Of a stretch of DNA of 28,975 bases, positions 16,693 through 27,035 are shown in pieces. The translations under genes were made by a program, and so were the position numbers. Source of the stretch: Fidelibacterota bacterium. Lineage in GTDB: Bacteria > Fidelibacterota > Marinisomatia > Marinisomatales > TCS55. The notes beneath the pieces were generated by a model that had not been told where the DNA came from, made no database searches, and worked only from the letters and a program-made list of their open reading frames with translations. The stretch lies in assembly GCA_027251445.1 (NCBI GenBank), contig JAPNQO010000056.1, forward strand, positions 1-28,975. The letters are read 5' to 3'. Positions within the stretch are counted from its first letter, which is position 1. Each line of letters begins with the position of its first letter.

Positions 16693-17732
16693 TCTGTTTG
16701 AGATGTCATAATATCTATCATTTTATCAATTTGCTGTGATAGTTGAGGAGGAGAAGAATATTGAATTGATAGTTTTAATTTCATAAGTCTTAATTTGATT
16801 GAGTCTTGATGTTGTGATAAGGCATCTTCAACTAAATCTAAAGCTTTTTGCCTTTCTCCTTTTTCCTCTAGAACATTGGCAATTTTTGCTAAGGCATCTA
16901 GATTTCTTGGATTATTTTTTAATGCTCTTTGATAAAACTTTTCTACCTCACTAAATCTTCCTAAATCAAATAAAGCAGATTCAATCTTTGAGTATATAGA
17001 ACTTCCATTCTTTAGGTCTAGAAGTGCATATTGCTCCCAATGCTCTAAAGCTTTTACCAAATTTCTATTTTCAGAAAATAAATTTCCAAGATATAGATGA
17101 GGCAATCCAAAATTAGGAGCTATTTCTATAGCTTTATTGAAACATTGTTCTGCGCCTTTACGATCATCATTTTCAAACTTTCCCATACCTTCATATACTT
17201 TAAATCGAGCTAAACGAGTTATGTCACTATTATTACTATCTAAAGTTTTAATTAAATGAGCAGCTTGAGCCCAATCATGACTTTTCTCAGCTAAATCAAG
17301 TAAAAATTCGGTTGCCCAAAATTCTTTTTTATCAATATTTAATATCATTTCTGCTTCTTTTTTTGCTAAAGAAATTTCATTCAGACTCAAATAATCTTTT
17401 GCAAGAGATTGGTGAATTTGAATTTGAAGTTTATCATCCAGCCCAGGTCGTACAGTGAGTGATTGATGAATTTTTATAGCATTTTGAGAGTTACCCTCAT
17501 CTCGAAGGATATCGCCAAGTTGTAAATAAGCATCTAAATGATTGGTGTCTTGTTTAACTACATCTCGTAATAATCTAATTGCATTTTGGGAATCACCTCT
17601 TACAAGCATATTTAAGGCTTCTGTATATAGCTTATTAGAATTATTTTTTATTAATGGTTTCTTTTTATAATAAAAGAAAAGACTGGTACCAATAGCAATT
17701 ACCAGTATGGATAAAATAATAAATAGTTCCAA
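16689..17732 (-). CDS. LapB (YciM)-like membrane-anchored TPR protein
   Basis: N-terminal TM; YTEALNML, LQLGDILRDEG...AIKIHQSL typical of LapB; directly downstream of a LapA-like gene. Confidence 0.75.
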   Translation of the reverse strand: MELFIILSILVIAIGTSLFFYYKKKPLIKNNSNKLYTEALNMLVRGDSQNAIRLLRDVVKQDTNHLDAYLQLGDILRDEGNSQNAIKIHQSLTVRPGLDDKLQIQIHQSLAKDYLSLNEISLAKKEAEMILNIDKKEFWATEFLLDLAEKSHDWAQAAHLIKTLDSNNSDITRLARFKVYEGMGKFENDDRKGAEQCFNKAIEIAPNFGLPHLYLGNLFSENRNLVKALEHWEQYALLDLKNGSSIYSKIESALFDLGRFSEVEKFYQRALKNNPRNLDALAKIANVLEEKGERQKALDLVEDALSQHQDSIKLRLMKLKLSIQYSSPPQLSQQIDKMIDIMTSQTE

Positions 17733-17734
17733 AG

Positions 17735-18052
17735 TTAATCTTCTCCATCATCATTATCATAAATGCCTTCATCAATAGCAACATTTCTGAGGTCATTGAG
17801 TTCATCAGATAATCGTCTATTTTTTAACTTCAAAGATCGAGTCTCTGACTTACTTGAAATTATAGATGTAACTGCGACACCATAACCTATCAAAATACCT
17901 ATAGCCAGCGCCCCTATCATAACAAAAGCAATATTTACTTGCTCATATTGAATTAATATTAAATCTATAGCAACCTCTTCAGTATTCTTTAATAGGAATA
18001 CTAGTATAAGAACTAGTAAAAAAAGTCCGCCAAAAATCTTAAATAATTTCAT
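17735..18052 (-). CDS. lapA: LapA family lipopolysaccharide assembly protein
   Basis: Two TM helices with ...N.E.V.I.L between them and a C-terminal coiled coil (ELNDLRN); adjacent to lapB-like gene. Confidence 0.7.
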   Translation of the reverse strand: MKLFKIFGGLFLLVLILVFLLKNTEEVAIDLILIQYEQVNIAFVMIGALAIGILIGYGVAVTSIISSKSETRSLKLKNRRLSDELNDLRNVAIDEGIYDNDDGED

Positions 18053-19371
18053 TATGCTGCTTCTTTCTTTTTAACTAAATGTCCATGCAAACTAATTCCT
18101 TTTGCATTAGTGATTGATACATTAACTAAGTCTTTAATATTCGCATTCTCTTTATCAAAAATTACCCATTTATTAGAATCTGTTCTACCAGCCCATTGAT
18201 TAATGGATCTTTTACTATTTTTTTCAACAAGAACTCTTTCAATATTTCCAATCATTTCTTTATTTCTAAAAATAGTATGTTTCTTTTGAAGTTTAATTAC
18301 TTTATCTAATCTTTCTTGTTTATCTATTTCTAATATTTGGTCAGAATATTCATAAGCTTTAGTTCCTAGCCTTGGTGAATATTTAAAAGTAAATGCTGAG
18401 TCAAATTTAACTTCGTTCATAACATTCAATGTTTCTTCAAATTGAGAATTAGTTTCTCCAGGAAACCCAACAATTATATCTGTACTCAAACCGCAATTTG
18501 GTAAAATATCCCGAATGCGATGCGCTCTTTCAATAAAGTGACTTTTAGTATATGATCTATTCATTCGTTTAAGTACCTCATTAGATCCTGCCTGTAATGG
18601 AAAATGAACTGCATTACAAATATTATCATAATGCGACATAACATATAAAACATCATCTGTCATATCCTGAGGATGAGGAGAAGTATATCTCAATCGTTGC
18701 ACACCATTTATCTCAGCAATATTTTTTAATAAATAGTCGAAGGAATAATTATCATATGTATAAGAATTAACATTCTGTCCTAATAATGTAATTTCAACAA
18801 AACCTTCATCTACTGCTTTTTTAACCTCATCAATAATATTATTAGGACTTCTACTTCTTTCTCTTCCTCTTGTAAATGGCACAATACAAAAAGTGCAAAA
18901 TTTATCGCATCCACGCATAATTGATACCCATGCATTAATTCCTTCATTCCTTGATGGGAAAAAATTATTGTAAACTTCATATCTAGATAATTGAGTATCT
19001 ACAATATTTTTTTTATCAACCTTATTCCGTTCAAGCAATTTTGGCAATTTTCTATAAGAATCTGGACCAAGAATAATATCAACATATGGTTTTGAATCAA
19101 GAATATCATCTTTAAGATGCTGAGCCATACAACCTAAAACACCAATAATCACATTTGGTTTATTATTTTTAATTTTTGAAAAAACACCTAAACGCGAGTG
19201 TACTTTTTCTTCCGCATGTTCTCTTATTGCGCAGGTGTTTACAAAAATAATATCAGCACTATCCATACGCTTAATTGGATAATATCCTTTTGATTGAAGT
19301 ATGCCCTCAATCATTTCTGAATCAGCTACATTCATCTGACAACCAAAAGTTTCTAGGTAGTATTTACCCAT
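18052..19371 (-). CDS. miaB: tRNA-i6A37 methylthiotransferase MiaB
   Basis: TFGCQMN, NTCAIRE, GCMAQ; radical SAM motif CDKFCTFC; PFTRGRERSR; C-terminal TRAM domain. Confidence 0.95.
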   Translation of the reverse strand: MGKYYLETFGCQMNVADSEMIEGILQSKGYYPIKRMDSADIIFVNTCAIREHAEEKVHSRLGVFSKIKNNKPNVIIGVLGCMAQHLKDDILDSKPYVDIILGPDSYRKLPKLLERNKVDKKNIVDTQLSRYEVYNNFFPSRNEGINAWVSIMRGCDKFCTFCIVPFTRGRERSRSPNNIIDEVKKAVDEGFVEITLLGQNVNSYTYDNYSFDYLLKNIAEINGVQRLRYTSPHPQDMTDDVLYVMSHYDNICNAVHFPLQAGSNEVLKRMNRSYTKSHFIERAHRIRDILPNCGLSTDIIVGFPGETNSQFEETLNVMNEVKFDSAFTFKYSPRLGTKAYEYSDQILEIDKQERLDKVIKLQKKHTIFRNKEMIGNIERVLVEKNSKRSINQWAGRTDSNKWVIFDKENANIKDLVNVSITNAKGISLHGHLVKKKEAA

Positions 19372-19425
19372 AATATTATAATTTAGTTAGGGAACTCAGA
19401 GTTTGGGTGAGCTATGAGATCTGAT

Positions 19426-20379
19426 CTATTTGATATACCCACTGAAAAAATAATCCAATGGGTTTTGAGGGACTCCATTACGATGAACTTCATAATGTAA
19501 GTGAGGTCCTGCTGATCTACCTGTATTCCCAGATTTGCCAATAAGATCGCCACGTTTTACTTTTTGACCCCATTTAACATAAAACTTAGATAAATGTGCA
19601 AAAATTGTTCTATATCCGTATCCATGGTCTAATTTAATTACTTTTCCAAAACCTCCTTGTCTAGAAGCATATTTAACTACACCATCAGCAGGTGCGTAAA
19701 CATTTGTACCAGTAGCAACGGTAATATCTTGACCATAATGAAATCGAGGTTTACTTGTGAAGGGGTCGTTTCGATAACCAAAACCTGAATTTATATAACC
19801 CCCATTTACAGGTCTAATAGATGGAATTGATTGTAAACGATCGGATTCTTTAATTACTTTATTATAAATATTAGAATAACTGGCAAGTTCTAATTTTACT
19901 TTCCTTGTTAGGTTATCAACATTCATTTCTAAATCAATTAATTTGCTTGAAGGATAGGATGATTGGCTTTCTAACTTGACAGGTTTAACAACTTCCATAC
20001 CTCCAATTCCAAGCTTTCTTACATCCTTATCTATTTGGGGCATATTAGCATAAGTTCTCAAAGCACGATCTTTTTCTTCAATACTAACAACATGTGTAGA
20101 TAATAAATCCATTTGTTGCTGTAGGTTAGAAAGAGTAAGAGATAATTGACTATAATCCCTTTTTAAACTTTTTAATTTTGCTTGATATAAAATTTTTGTA
20201 AGGTAATCTGTTGCAAAAAACAAGCCTGTTCCTGCAATAGATACACAAAGAATAACAACTGTTAGTAATTGTTTTTTAGAAAAGTCCCATTGCCCACCAC
20301 TTTCGTTATCATAAGATATAAATGTATACCGATGGTCATTAATACGGGACGATTTTTTACTTTTATTAAGCATAACCAA
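19426..20379 (-). CDS. M23 family metallopeptidase with TM anchor and coiled coil
   Basis: HYGQD (HxxxD) and HLH zinc motifs, PSIRPV, GFGYRNDPF. The start may be the ATG at 20373. Confidence 0.9.
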   Translation of the reverse strand: MVMLNKSKKSSRINDHRYTFISYDNESGGQWDFSKKQLLTVVILCVSIAGTGLFFATDYLTKILYQAKLKSLKRDYSQLSLTLSNLQQQMDLLSTHVVSIEEKDRALRTYANMPQIDKDVRKLGIGGMEVVKPVKLESQSSYPSSKLIDLEMNVDNLTRKVKLELASYSNIYNKVIKESDRLQSIPSIRPVNGGYINSGFGYRNDPFTSKPRFHYGQDITVATGTNVYAPADGVVKYASRQGGFGKVIKLDHGYGYRTIFAHLSKFYVKWGQKVKRGDLIGKSGNTGRSAGPHLHYEVHRNGVPQNPLDYFFSGYIK

Positions 20380-20485
20380 TGAAGTTAATAATTGTTAACA
20401 TAATTCCGAAAGATTTTACATTAAAAACATTAATTATTATAAAATTTTTTAATTGATTATTTTTTGAAGGATTTTTTATTATTTA

Positions 20486-21328
20486 TCAATGAATATATAT
20501 TTTTAGTAATTGAGAACGTGTTACGTGCCTAAGCCTTTGTAAAGCCCTATCTTTAATTTGACGTACGCGTTCACTTGTTATGTTAAGATCATTACCTATT
20601 TCTTGAAGATTCTTTTGTTCTTTTCCTTGGAAACCAAAATAATTAATAATAACAAATTTTTCTCTATCATCTAATGTATCGAGAACAGATAAAATTTCTT
20701 TTTCGAGACTATTTTTCATTAAAGTAGCTTCAGGTCTTGGATCTTTTGAAGCTAACAAATGCATTAGAGCTGTATCTGAATCACCGAAAGACTCATCTAA
20801 AGAAACTGGTTCTGTAAAGACTTTTTTTAAATCGTCTATCCAGCCTGGAGATGTTTTTGTTATTTCAGCGAGTTCTTCAGCTGAGGGTTCCCGTTCTATA
20901 TTTTGTTCTAATTCAATAGACTTTCTATACAATTTGCCCATAGACTCTCTTATATGCGCAGGTAGCCTTATTACTCTTCCTGTTTTTTGAATTGCTTGAC
21001 GAATTCCTTGAGTTATCCACCAAACTGCATAAGAAATAAATCTAAACCCGCGGGACTCATCAAACCGATCTACTGCTTTTATTAATCCTAAATTCCCTTC
21101 ATTTATTAGGTCTTCAAAAGGAATTCCCTGGCCTTGAAACTTTTTTGCAACAGCAACTACAAAACGTAGATTATGAGTTATAAGTTTATTTATTGCCTCT
21201 AGATCACCTTTTTTTGCAAGAACTGCTAACTCTATTTCTACTTCTGAATCTAGAGGTTTATAATTCTTTATTTCATCAAGGTATAGCTCTAGGGAACGTT
21301 TATTACCTATCTCAGGTCTATTATTCAA
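20486..21328 (-). CDS. Sigma-70 family RNA polymerase sigma factor (RpoD/SigA-like, no region 1.1)
   Basis: YLDEI (1.2), NLRFVV, DLINEGNLGL, FISYAVWWI, IRLP, ERVRQI (4.2). Confidence 0.9.
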   Translation of the reverse strand: MNNRPEIGNKRSLELYLDEIKNYKPLDSEVEIELAVLAKKGDLEAINKLITHNLRFVVAVAKKFQGQGIPFEDLINEGNLGLIKAVDRFDESRGFRFISYAVWWITQGIRQAIQKTGRVIRLPAHIRESMGKLYRKSIELEQNIEREPSAEELAEITKTSPGWIDDLKKVFTEPVSLDESFGDSDTALMHLLASKDPRPEATLMKNSLEKEILSVLDTLDDREKFVIINYFGFQGKEQKNLQEIGNDLNITSERVRQIKDRALQRLRHVTRSQLLKIYIH

Positions 21329-21343
21329 TCTGCGCTAACTTTA

Positions 21344-21799
21344 CTAATCTTTTTTAGAATTTTGGTTTTCATCAGAATTAATTTCAGCAGGTACATCTTC
21401 TACTTCAATTTGTGAATCTAAATTTGTTTTATCTATTACATTATCGACTTCTACATCAGTAATATTGTATTCTTCCTTTATTTTTTTTATTTCAGCTATT
21501 TTTTTATCAATTTTTAATTGAATTTTTTCAATGTTCTCTATAATCTGAAAAAATTCCTGATTACCTGAAAAATTAACCATATTTTCATCTTTTGCATATT
21601 TTGTAACCATTCGACCCATGTCCTCATATAATTTTGATAGCTCACGCTGGAATTGATGCTCTTCAATTTTAATTTTACTTACCTTAGTCAATTCTTCAGT
21701 TTTTGCAACTGCAATTTTACTAACCTCTTCTGCTTTTTCGACTGCAGCAGAACTCCAATCTTTCATATTTTTTTTTAAGTCATTCCAGAGTTTAGTCAT
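21344..21799 (-). CDS. Hypothetical coiled-coil protein
   Basis: 151-aa ORF with a GAGG RBS upstream; K/E-rich heptad pattern (AVEKAEEVSK...KIKIE). Confidence 0.75.
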   Translation of the reverse strand: MTKLWNDLKKNMKDWSSAAVEKAEEVSKIAVAKTEELTKVSKIKIEEHQFQRELSKLYEDMGRMVTKYAKDENMVNFSGNQEFFQIIENIEKIQLKIDKKIAEIKKIKEEYNITDVEVDNVIDKTNLDSQIEVEDVPAEINSDENQNSKKD

Positions 21800-21822
21800 T
21801 ATTATTACCTCGGTTTATAACA

Positions 21823-21990
21823 TTAGTTTGATTTATCAAGAAAAAGATTTGCAACATAAAAAATTCCAGCGCCAATTACCAAAGATGATAACTCTATATC
21901 CATATTACGTAAACGAATGCCCATTACAAAGCCTGAAATTATAATTATCATTGCAAATAATTGAACTCCCCTAAGAAAAGCGTATCGCAT
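21823..21990 (-). CDS. Small (55-aa) two-TM membrane protein
   Basis: MRYAFLRGVQLFAMIIIISGFVMGIRLRNMDIELSSLVIGAGIFYVANLFLDKSN*. Fills the intergenic gap, co-directional, overlaps the upstream gene end by 20 nt. Below the ORF-track cutoff. Confidence 0.65.
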   Translation of the reverse strand: MRYAFLRGVQLFAMIIIISGFVMGIRLRNMDIELSSLVIGAGIFYVANLFLDKSN

Positions 21991-23035
21991 ATCTATTAAC
22001 AAGTTTAGTACTTTTAATTATTTTTTTCCAATTCCAATCGTATGATCTTTTCAATATACTTAAAGGATCATCACTATTTTCAAATCTATTTACCCAAAAT
22101 TTAATGTGTTGATCAGATAAATTTTCAAATAACAACCTATTAGCAAATGAAATTTTTCTCTTAAGGTTCAATTCACGATCAATTATTCTCGATTTATAAT
22201 TATCACCTAATAATTTATATGCAGCTGAAAGTCCCGAATACATTGCAAACCTCATCCCAAACCCAAATAAATAATCTTGATATCCACCTGCTTCACCAAT
22301 ATTAATGGGTTTGTTATTTTGCCATACTTTAGGAAGATAAAAACTTCCATGATTAGCAAATTTATTTATTATCTTAAAATTTAAACCAATATTATTAAAA
22401 TATTCAATGCAGGGATTTAATGGATCATTTTTATTCGAAGTCTTCTTAAATGCTGTTGCAATAGTTCCATAACCATTATTAATTATTAAATATGCATAAC
22501 CTCTTGGTGCAAATTCTTTACCAAGTAATAAATGAACCTGATTTTTCAAATTGGTTTCAAATTGAGCACCACGAATATATGCTGATGCTCTAAAAGATCC
22601 TGATGCATTTATATCCGATCTTAAAATATCATGATTTTGATTAAATAAAAATTCGATATTTAAACTTTTACATATTTCTATTAAATAATTATCAAAAGAA
22701 TCGCTTGATGTGCCACGATTTACTATATGAAAGAATGGATCTTGAGATTTAACTCGAATAGGCTGTTTACCTTTTACGTGAACAAAAAATTCGAAAATAG
22801 GAGTTTTAGGTATACTATTAAAATCTATGCCACATTCAGCAACTGAATCAGGTAATCCTTTAGAGAATATCCAATTTTCTAGGCCTTCAAAATCTCCATC
22901 TCTTGATCCGCCAATACAATTCTTTTTTTCATAAATAATTACTGATTTACCATTTTTTGCAAGGTTAATTGCAGCTGTCATACCAGCAATTCCAGCACCA
23001 ACAATTTGGATTTTAGAATTATCTTTTTTTAACAA
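21971..23035 (-). CDS. NAD(P)/FAD-dependent oxidoreductase (geranylgeranyl reductase/FixC-like superfamily)
   Basis: IVGAGIAG...YEK FAD motif, R..FD..L, INASG, GEAGG.QD...GFGM..A..SG. Confidence 0.75.
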   Translation of the reverse strand: MLKKDNSKIQIVGAGIAGMTAAINLAKNGKSVIIYEKKNCIGGSRDGDFEGLENWIFSKGLPDSVAECGIDFNSIPKTPIFEFFVHVKGKQPIRVKSQDPFFHIVNRGTSSDSFDNYLIEICKSLNIEFLFNQNHDILRSDINASGSFRASAYIRGAQFETNLKNQVHLLLGKEFAPRGYAYLIINNGYGTIATAFKKTSNKNDPLNPCIEYFNNIGLNFKIINKFANHGSFYLPKVWQNNKPINIGEAGGYQDYLFGFGMRFAMYSGLSAAYKLLGDNYKSRIIDRELNLKRKISFANRLLFENLSDQHIKFWVNRFENSDDPLSILKRSYDWNWKKIIKSTKLVNRYAIRFS

Positions 23036-23060
23036 TGAAAAAATAAAATTAATTAATTAT

Positions 23061-24650
23061 TTAACAATTAATTTGTTGAACAGATAAAATTTCTGGTATT
23101 TGTATTAATAATTCAATCACAGAAGATGGGACTTCTGAGTCTAACCTTATAACTGCAAATGCTTCATCCATTTTTTCGGAATCACTTAATATATATGCAC
23201 CAATATTAATTTTATGTTGTCCTAACAATGTTCCAACTTTTCCTATTACACCTGGGACATCTTCGTTATTTACGAATAAAAGGTGACCTGTGGGGTTTAT
23301 ATCCATATCATAGCCAAGAATATTTACCAATCTCAGTTGATTTCCATCAAATACACTCCCATCTAATAATCTTTCCTTATTATCAAATATTACACTTGTA
23401 CTAATCAAATTAGCATAAGAACCTTCTTCATTATTGGCTCCATATTCAATAACTATACCTCTTTCTTTTGCAAGTAATTCTGCATTAATAAAATTTACCC
23501 TGTCTGGTATACGATCATTCAATAGCCCCTTAATGAAAGCCAACATAAATGGTTTAAAATCATCGAATGGTCCTTGAACATTTACTTTCACTTTTTCAAT
23601 AGCACCTTGGGCTAATTGTCCTTGAATTATACCCATTCGCTCGGAGAGTAATAGATGAGGTTGTATTTGTTTTAAAATATTCATATCAGTGATTGGAATA
23701 TTTAATGCACTAGAAAGCTTATTATTGATTAAGTAATCTCTAACTAATTCACAAATTGTTACTGAAACACCTTCTTTAGCTTCTTTGGTCGATGCACCAA
23801 GATGAGGGGTTATAAGAATATTATCAATATTAATAAATGGGTGATCTTTTTCAATTGGTTCATTGACAAAAACATCTACTGCAGCACCTGCAATTATTCC
23901 TTCTTTAACCGCAAAAGCAAGATCTTGCTCATTAATAATTCCACCACGAGCTACATTTATTATCATAGATGTAGATTTCATCAATTTAATTCTTTCTAAA
24001 TCAAATAGGTTATTAGTAGAATCAAGCTTAGGCACATGAACTGAAATAAAATCAGATTCTTTAGTCAGAGTATCCAAGTCAGTTAATCTAACATCATCTG
24101 AGCTAAAAATATTATCAGTTATATATGGGTCACAGCCAATCACTCGCATACCAAATGATAAACATCTTGTCATCACTTCCCTACCAATTTTACCAAGCCC
24201 AACTATACCAATCGTTTTATTCCTAAGCTCAGTTCCAACAAGATTATTGCGATCCCATTTTCCAGAATTAAGTCTTTGGTTAGCAATAGATATATTTCTA
24301 GCCAGTGATAGCATAATACCAATTGTATGTTCAGCTGCAGATACAGTATTTACATCTGGTGTATTCATTACAATAATTCCTTTTTGAGTTGCTGCTGGTA
24401 AATCAATATTATCCACTCCAACACCCGCGCGTCCAATTACTTGTAATTTTTTTGCTGCATGTATTAAATCTTTATCAATTATAGTTCCACTTCTAATTAT
24501 CCATCCATCAATTTCTGGAACTATTTTTAATAAATCTTGTTTATTAGCGTTCGAATCAACAACAACTTTGATTTTAGCATTTTCTAAAACTGAAATACCA
24601 GCATCTGATAGAGGATCTGTAACAAGAATTTGTATCATTTTATCTTTCAT
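23061..24650 (-). CDS. serA: D-3-phosphoglycerate dehydrogenase (type I with ASB and ACT domains)
   Basis: [39 protein letters not shown]-terminal DVPGVIG ACT. The start may be the Met at 24638. Confidence 0.93.
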   Translation of the reverse strand: MKDKMIQILVTDPLSDAGISVLENAKIKVVVDSNANKQDLLKIVPEIDGWIIRSGTIIDKDLIHAAKKLQVIGRAGVGVDNIDLPAATQKGIIVMNTPDVNTVSAAEHTIGIMLSLARNISIANQRLNSGKWDRNNLVGTELRNKTIGIVGLGKIGREVMTRCLSFGMRVIGCDPYITDNIFSSDDVRLTDLDTLTKESDFISVHVPKLDSTNNLFDLERIKLMKSTSMIINVARGGIINEQDLAFAVKEGIIAGAAVDVFVNEPIEKDHPFINIDNILITPHLGASTKEAKEGVSVTICELVRDYLINNKLSSALNIPITDMNILKQIQPHLLLSERMGIIQGQLAQGAIEKVKVNVQGPFDDFKPFMLAFIKGLLNDRIPDRVNFINAELLAKERGIVIEYGANNEEGSYANLISTSVIFDNKERLLDGSVFDGNQLRLVNILGYDMDINPTGHLLFVNNEDVPGVIGKVGTLLGQHKINIGAYILSDSEKMDEAFAVIRLDSEVPSSVIELLIQIPEILSVQQINC

Positions 24651-26901
24651 TTTGTCGAATCAAATTTAGTGCTGATCCTGCTCGAAACCACTCTATCTGT
24701 GAATTATTATATGTATGATTACATTTAATAATATCTATAGTTGAGTCAGCATGATGAACTTCTAAACTAATAGATTTTTCAGGTTTTATATCATCTAGAT
24801 CAAGGGACGTAAAAAGATCGTCTTCTAAAATTTTATCATAATCAGAAGGATCATTAAATGTAAGCGCCAGCATTCCTTGTTTTTTGAGATTAGTTTCATG
24901 AATTCTTGCAAATGATTTTACTAAGATTATAATTACCCCTAAATGCCTTGGCTCCATAGCCGCGTGTTCTCTAGATGAACCTTCTCCATAATTCTCATCA
25001 CCTATCACAATAGATAAAGTATTGTTACTTTTATAATATCTTTGAACTTCTGGAACTGGGCCATAATCCCCAGTTAATTGATTCTTTACTAAGTTAGACT
25101 TATTATTAAAATAATTAATTGCCCCAGTTAGCATATTATCAGAAATATTATCTAAATGACCTCTATACTTTAACCATGGACCCGCCATAGATATATGATC
25201 AGTAGTACATTTTCCTTTTGCTTTAATTAATAATCTTAAATTGCTCAGGTTATTACCATCCCATTTTGAAAAGGGATTAAGTAATTGTAATCTTTTTGAA
25301 TTTGGATCAACGATGACTTTGACCTTAGCACCATTTTTATCAGGTTCTTTATAACCGAGGTTATCAACCTCAAATCCATTATCAGGTAAATCTAAACCAA
25401 TAGGAGGCTCTAGCATTACTTCTTCATGATTGTCATTTATCAAAGTGTCTTTCATTGGATTAAAAGATAAATCTCCCGATATAGCAAGAGCGGTAACAAG
25501 CTCCGGTGATCCTACAAAAGCAAATGTATTTGGATTGCCATCATTTCGTTTAGCAAAATTTCTATTAAATGATGTGACAATAGTATTTTTCTTATCTGGA
25601 TCATCTGAATGCCTTGCCCATTGCCCAATACATGGACCACAAGCATTTGCAAGAACAACTCCTCCAATTTTTTCAAACACTCCAAGAAATCCATCTCTAT
25701 CTACAGTAAATCGCACCTGCTCACTTCCAGGAGTTATTGTAAAATCACTTTTAATAGAAAGATTTTTATCTAACGCCTGCTGTGCTATACTAGCAGAACG
25801 AGATATATCTTCGTAAGATGAATTTGTACATGATCCGATCAAGCTAACTTCAATTTTAGTTGGCCAATTATTCTTTTTTGCGACTTTAGTCATCTGAGAT
25901 ATAGGTGTTGCTAAATCAGGAGTAAATGGACCATTTAAATGAGGCTCCAGTTCAGATAGATTTATCTCTATAACTTGATCAAAATAAGATTCTGGTTCAG
26001 CATATACTTCCATATCAGCTTGTAAATAATCTCTATAATTATCAGCTAATTCTACAACTTCTGAACGACCAGTTGCTTGAAGATACTTAGCCATATTTTC
26101 ATCATATGCAAAAACAGATGTTGTAGCACCTATTTCTGCTCCCATATTGCATATTGTTCCTTTTCCAGTACAAGAAAGATTCTTGGCGCCTGAACCAAAG
26201 TACTCAATAATAGCACCTGTTCCTCCTTTTACAGATAGCAATCCTGCAACCTTAAGTATCACATCTTTAGAGGATGTCCACCCGTTTAATTCACCTGTAA
26301 GTTTTATCCCAATTAACTTTGGAAATAATAATTCCCACGGCATACCTGCCATAACATCAACGGCATCAGCGCCACCAACACCGATGGCAATCATACCTAA
26401 ACCTCCTGCGTTAACAGTATGACTATCAGTCCCTATCATCATACCTCCTGGAAAAGCATAATTTTCAAGAATGACTTGATGAATTATACCCGCACCAGGC
26501 TCCCAAAAGCCAATTCCATATTTATTAGATACTGATTCTAAAAAGTTATAGACTTCACCATTAGTGTCAAGAGCGACAGACAAATCTTTTTCAGCATCAA
26601 TTTTAGCCTGAATTAAATGGTCGCAGTGAACTGTTGTTGGTTTTGCAACTTTAACCTTACCTGCCATCATAAATTGCAATAAAGCCATTTGAGCTGTTGC
26701 ATCCTGCATTGCAACTCTATCCGGGGAAAATTCAACATATGATTTAGCTCTAAGAAATTCGTTGTTAAATTTTGGGTCAAATAAATGGCTATATAATATC
26801 TTTTCAGTATATGTTAAAGGACGGTTAAGTATGTTCTTTGCAAAGTCTATCCGCTCTGATAGATTTGCATATAAATCTTTGATTATTTCAAAATCAAACA
26901 T
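24640..26901 (-). CDS. Aconitate hydratase (mitochondrial-like type)
   Basis: [60 protein letters not shown]. Confidence 0.95.
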   Translation of the reverse strand: MFDFEIIKDLYANLSERIDFAKNILNRPLTYTEKILYSHLFDPKFNNEFLRAKSYVEFSPDRVAMQDATAQMALLQFMMAGKVKVAKPTTVHCDHLIQAKIDAEKDLSVALDTNGEVYNFLESVSNKYGIGFWEPGAGIIHQVILENYAFPGGMMIGTDSHTVNAGGLGMIAIGVGGADAVDVMAGMPWELLFPKLIGIKLTGELNGWTSSKDVILKVAGLLSVKGGTGAIIEYFGSGAKNLSCTGKGTICNMGAEIGATTSVFAYDENMAKYLQATGRSEVVELADNYRDYLQADMEVYAEPESYFDQVIEINLSELEPHLNGPFTPDLATPISQMTKVAKKNNWPTKIEVSLIGSCTNSSYEDISRSASIAQQALDKNLSIKSDFTITPGSEQVRFTVDRDGFLGVFEKIGGVVLANACGPCIGQWARHSDDPDKKNTIVTSFNRNFAKRNDGNPNTFAFVGSPELVTALAISGDLSFNPMKDTLINDNHEEVMLEPPIGLDLPDNGFEVDNLGYKEPDKNGAKVKVIVDPNSKRLQLLNPFSKWDGNNLSNLRLLIKAKGKCTTDHISMAGPWLKYRGHLDNISDNMLTGAINYFNNKSNLVKNQLTGDYGPVPEVQRYYKSNNTLSIVIGDENYGEGSSREHAAMEPRHLGVIIILVKSFARIHETNLKKQGMLALTFNDPSDYDKILEDDLFTSLDLDDIKPEKSISLEVHHADSTIDIIKCNHTYNNSQIEWFRAGSALNLIRQNER

Positions 26902-27035
26902 AATTAAGTCTTTACCTTTCTAATGAAATGGAACTGAAATACTAAATTTTCGTAATTAATATAATATCAAAAATACATCATTAAATTGTCATAATTCAAA
27001 TTCAATAGTTTCAAAATATCTAAATTCAAATATAA

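Noticed and set aside
1502..26422. Other short track ORFs (plus strand, e.g. 1502, 1838, 2031, 2654, 2898, 3663, 5008, 6275, 7437, 9494, 11642, 23802, 25430, 26147; and 25512 minus)
   Set aside because: All overlap well-supported genes, antisense or out of frame, and have no recognisable motifs.
26992..27031. Repeated TTCAA(A) motifs in the acn/PorU divergent intergenic region
   Set aside because: Irregular spacing and low complexity in very AT-rich DNA; cannot be supported as an operator.
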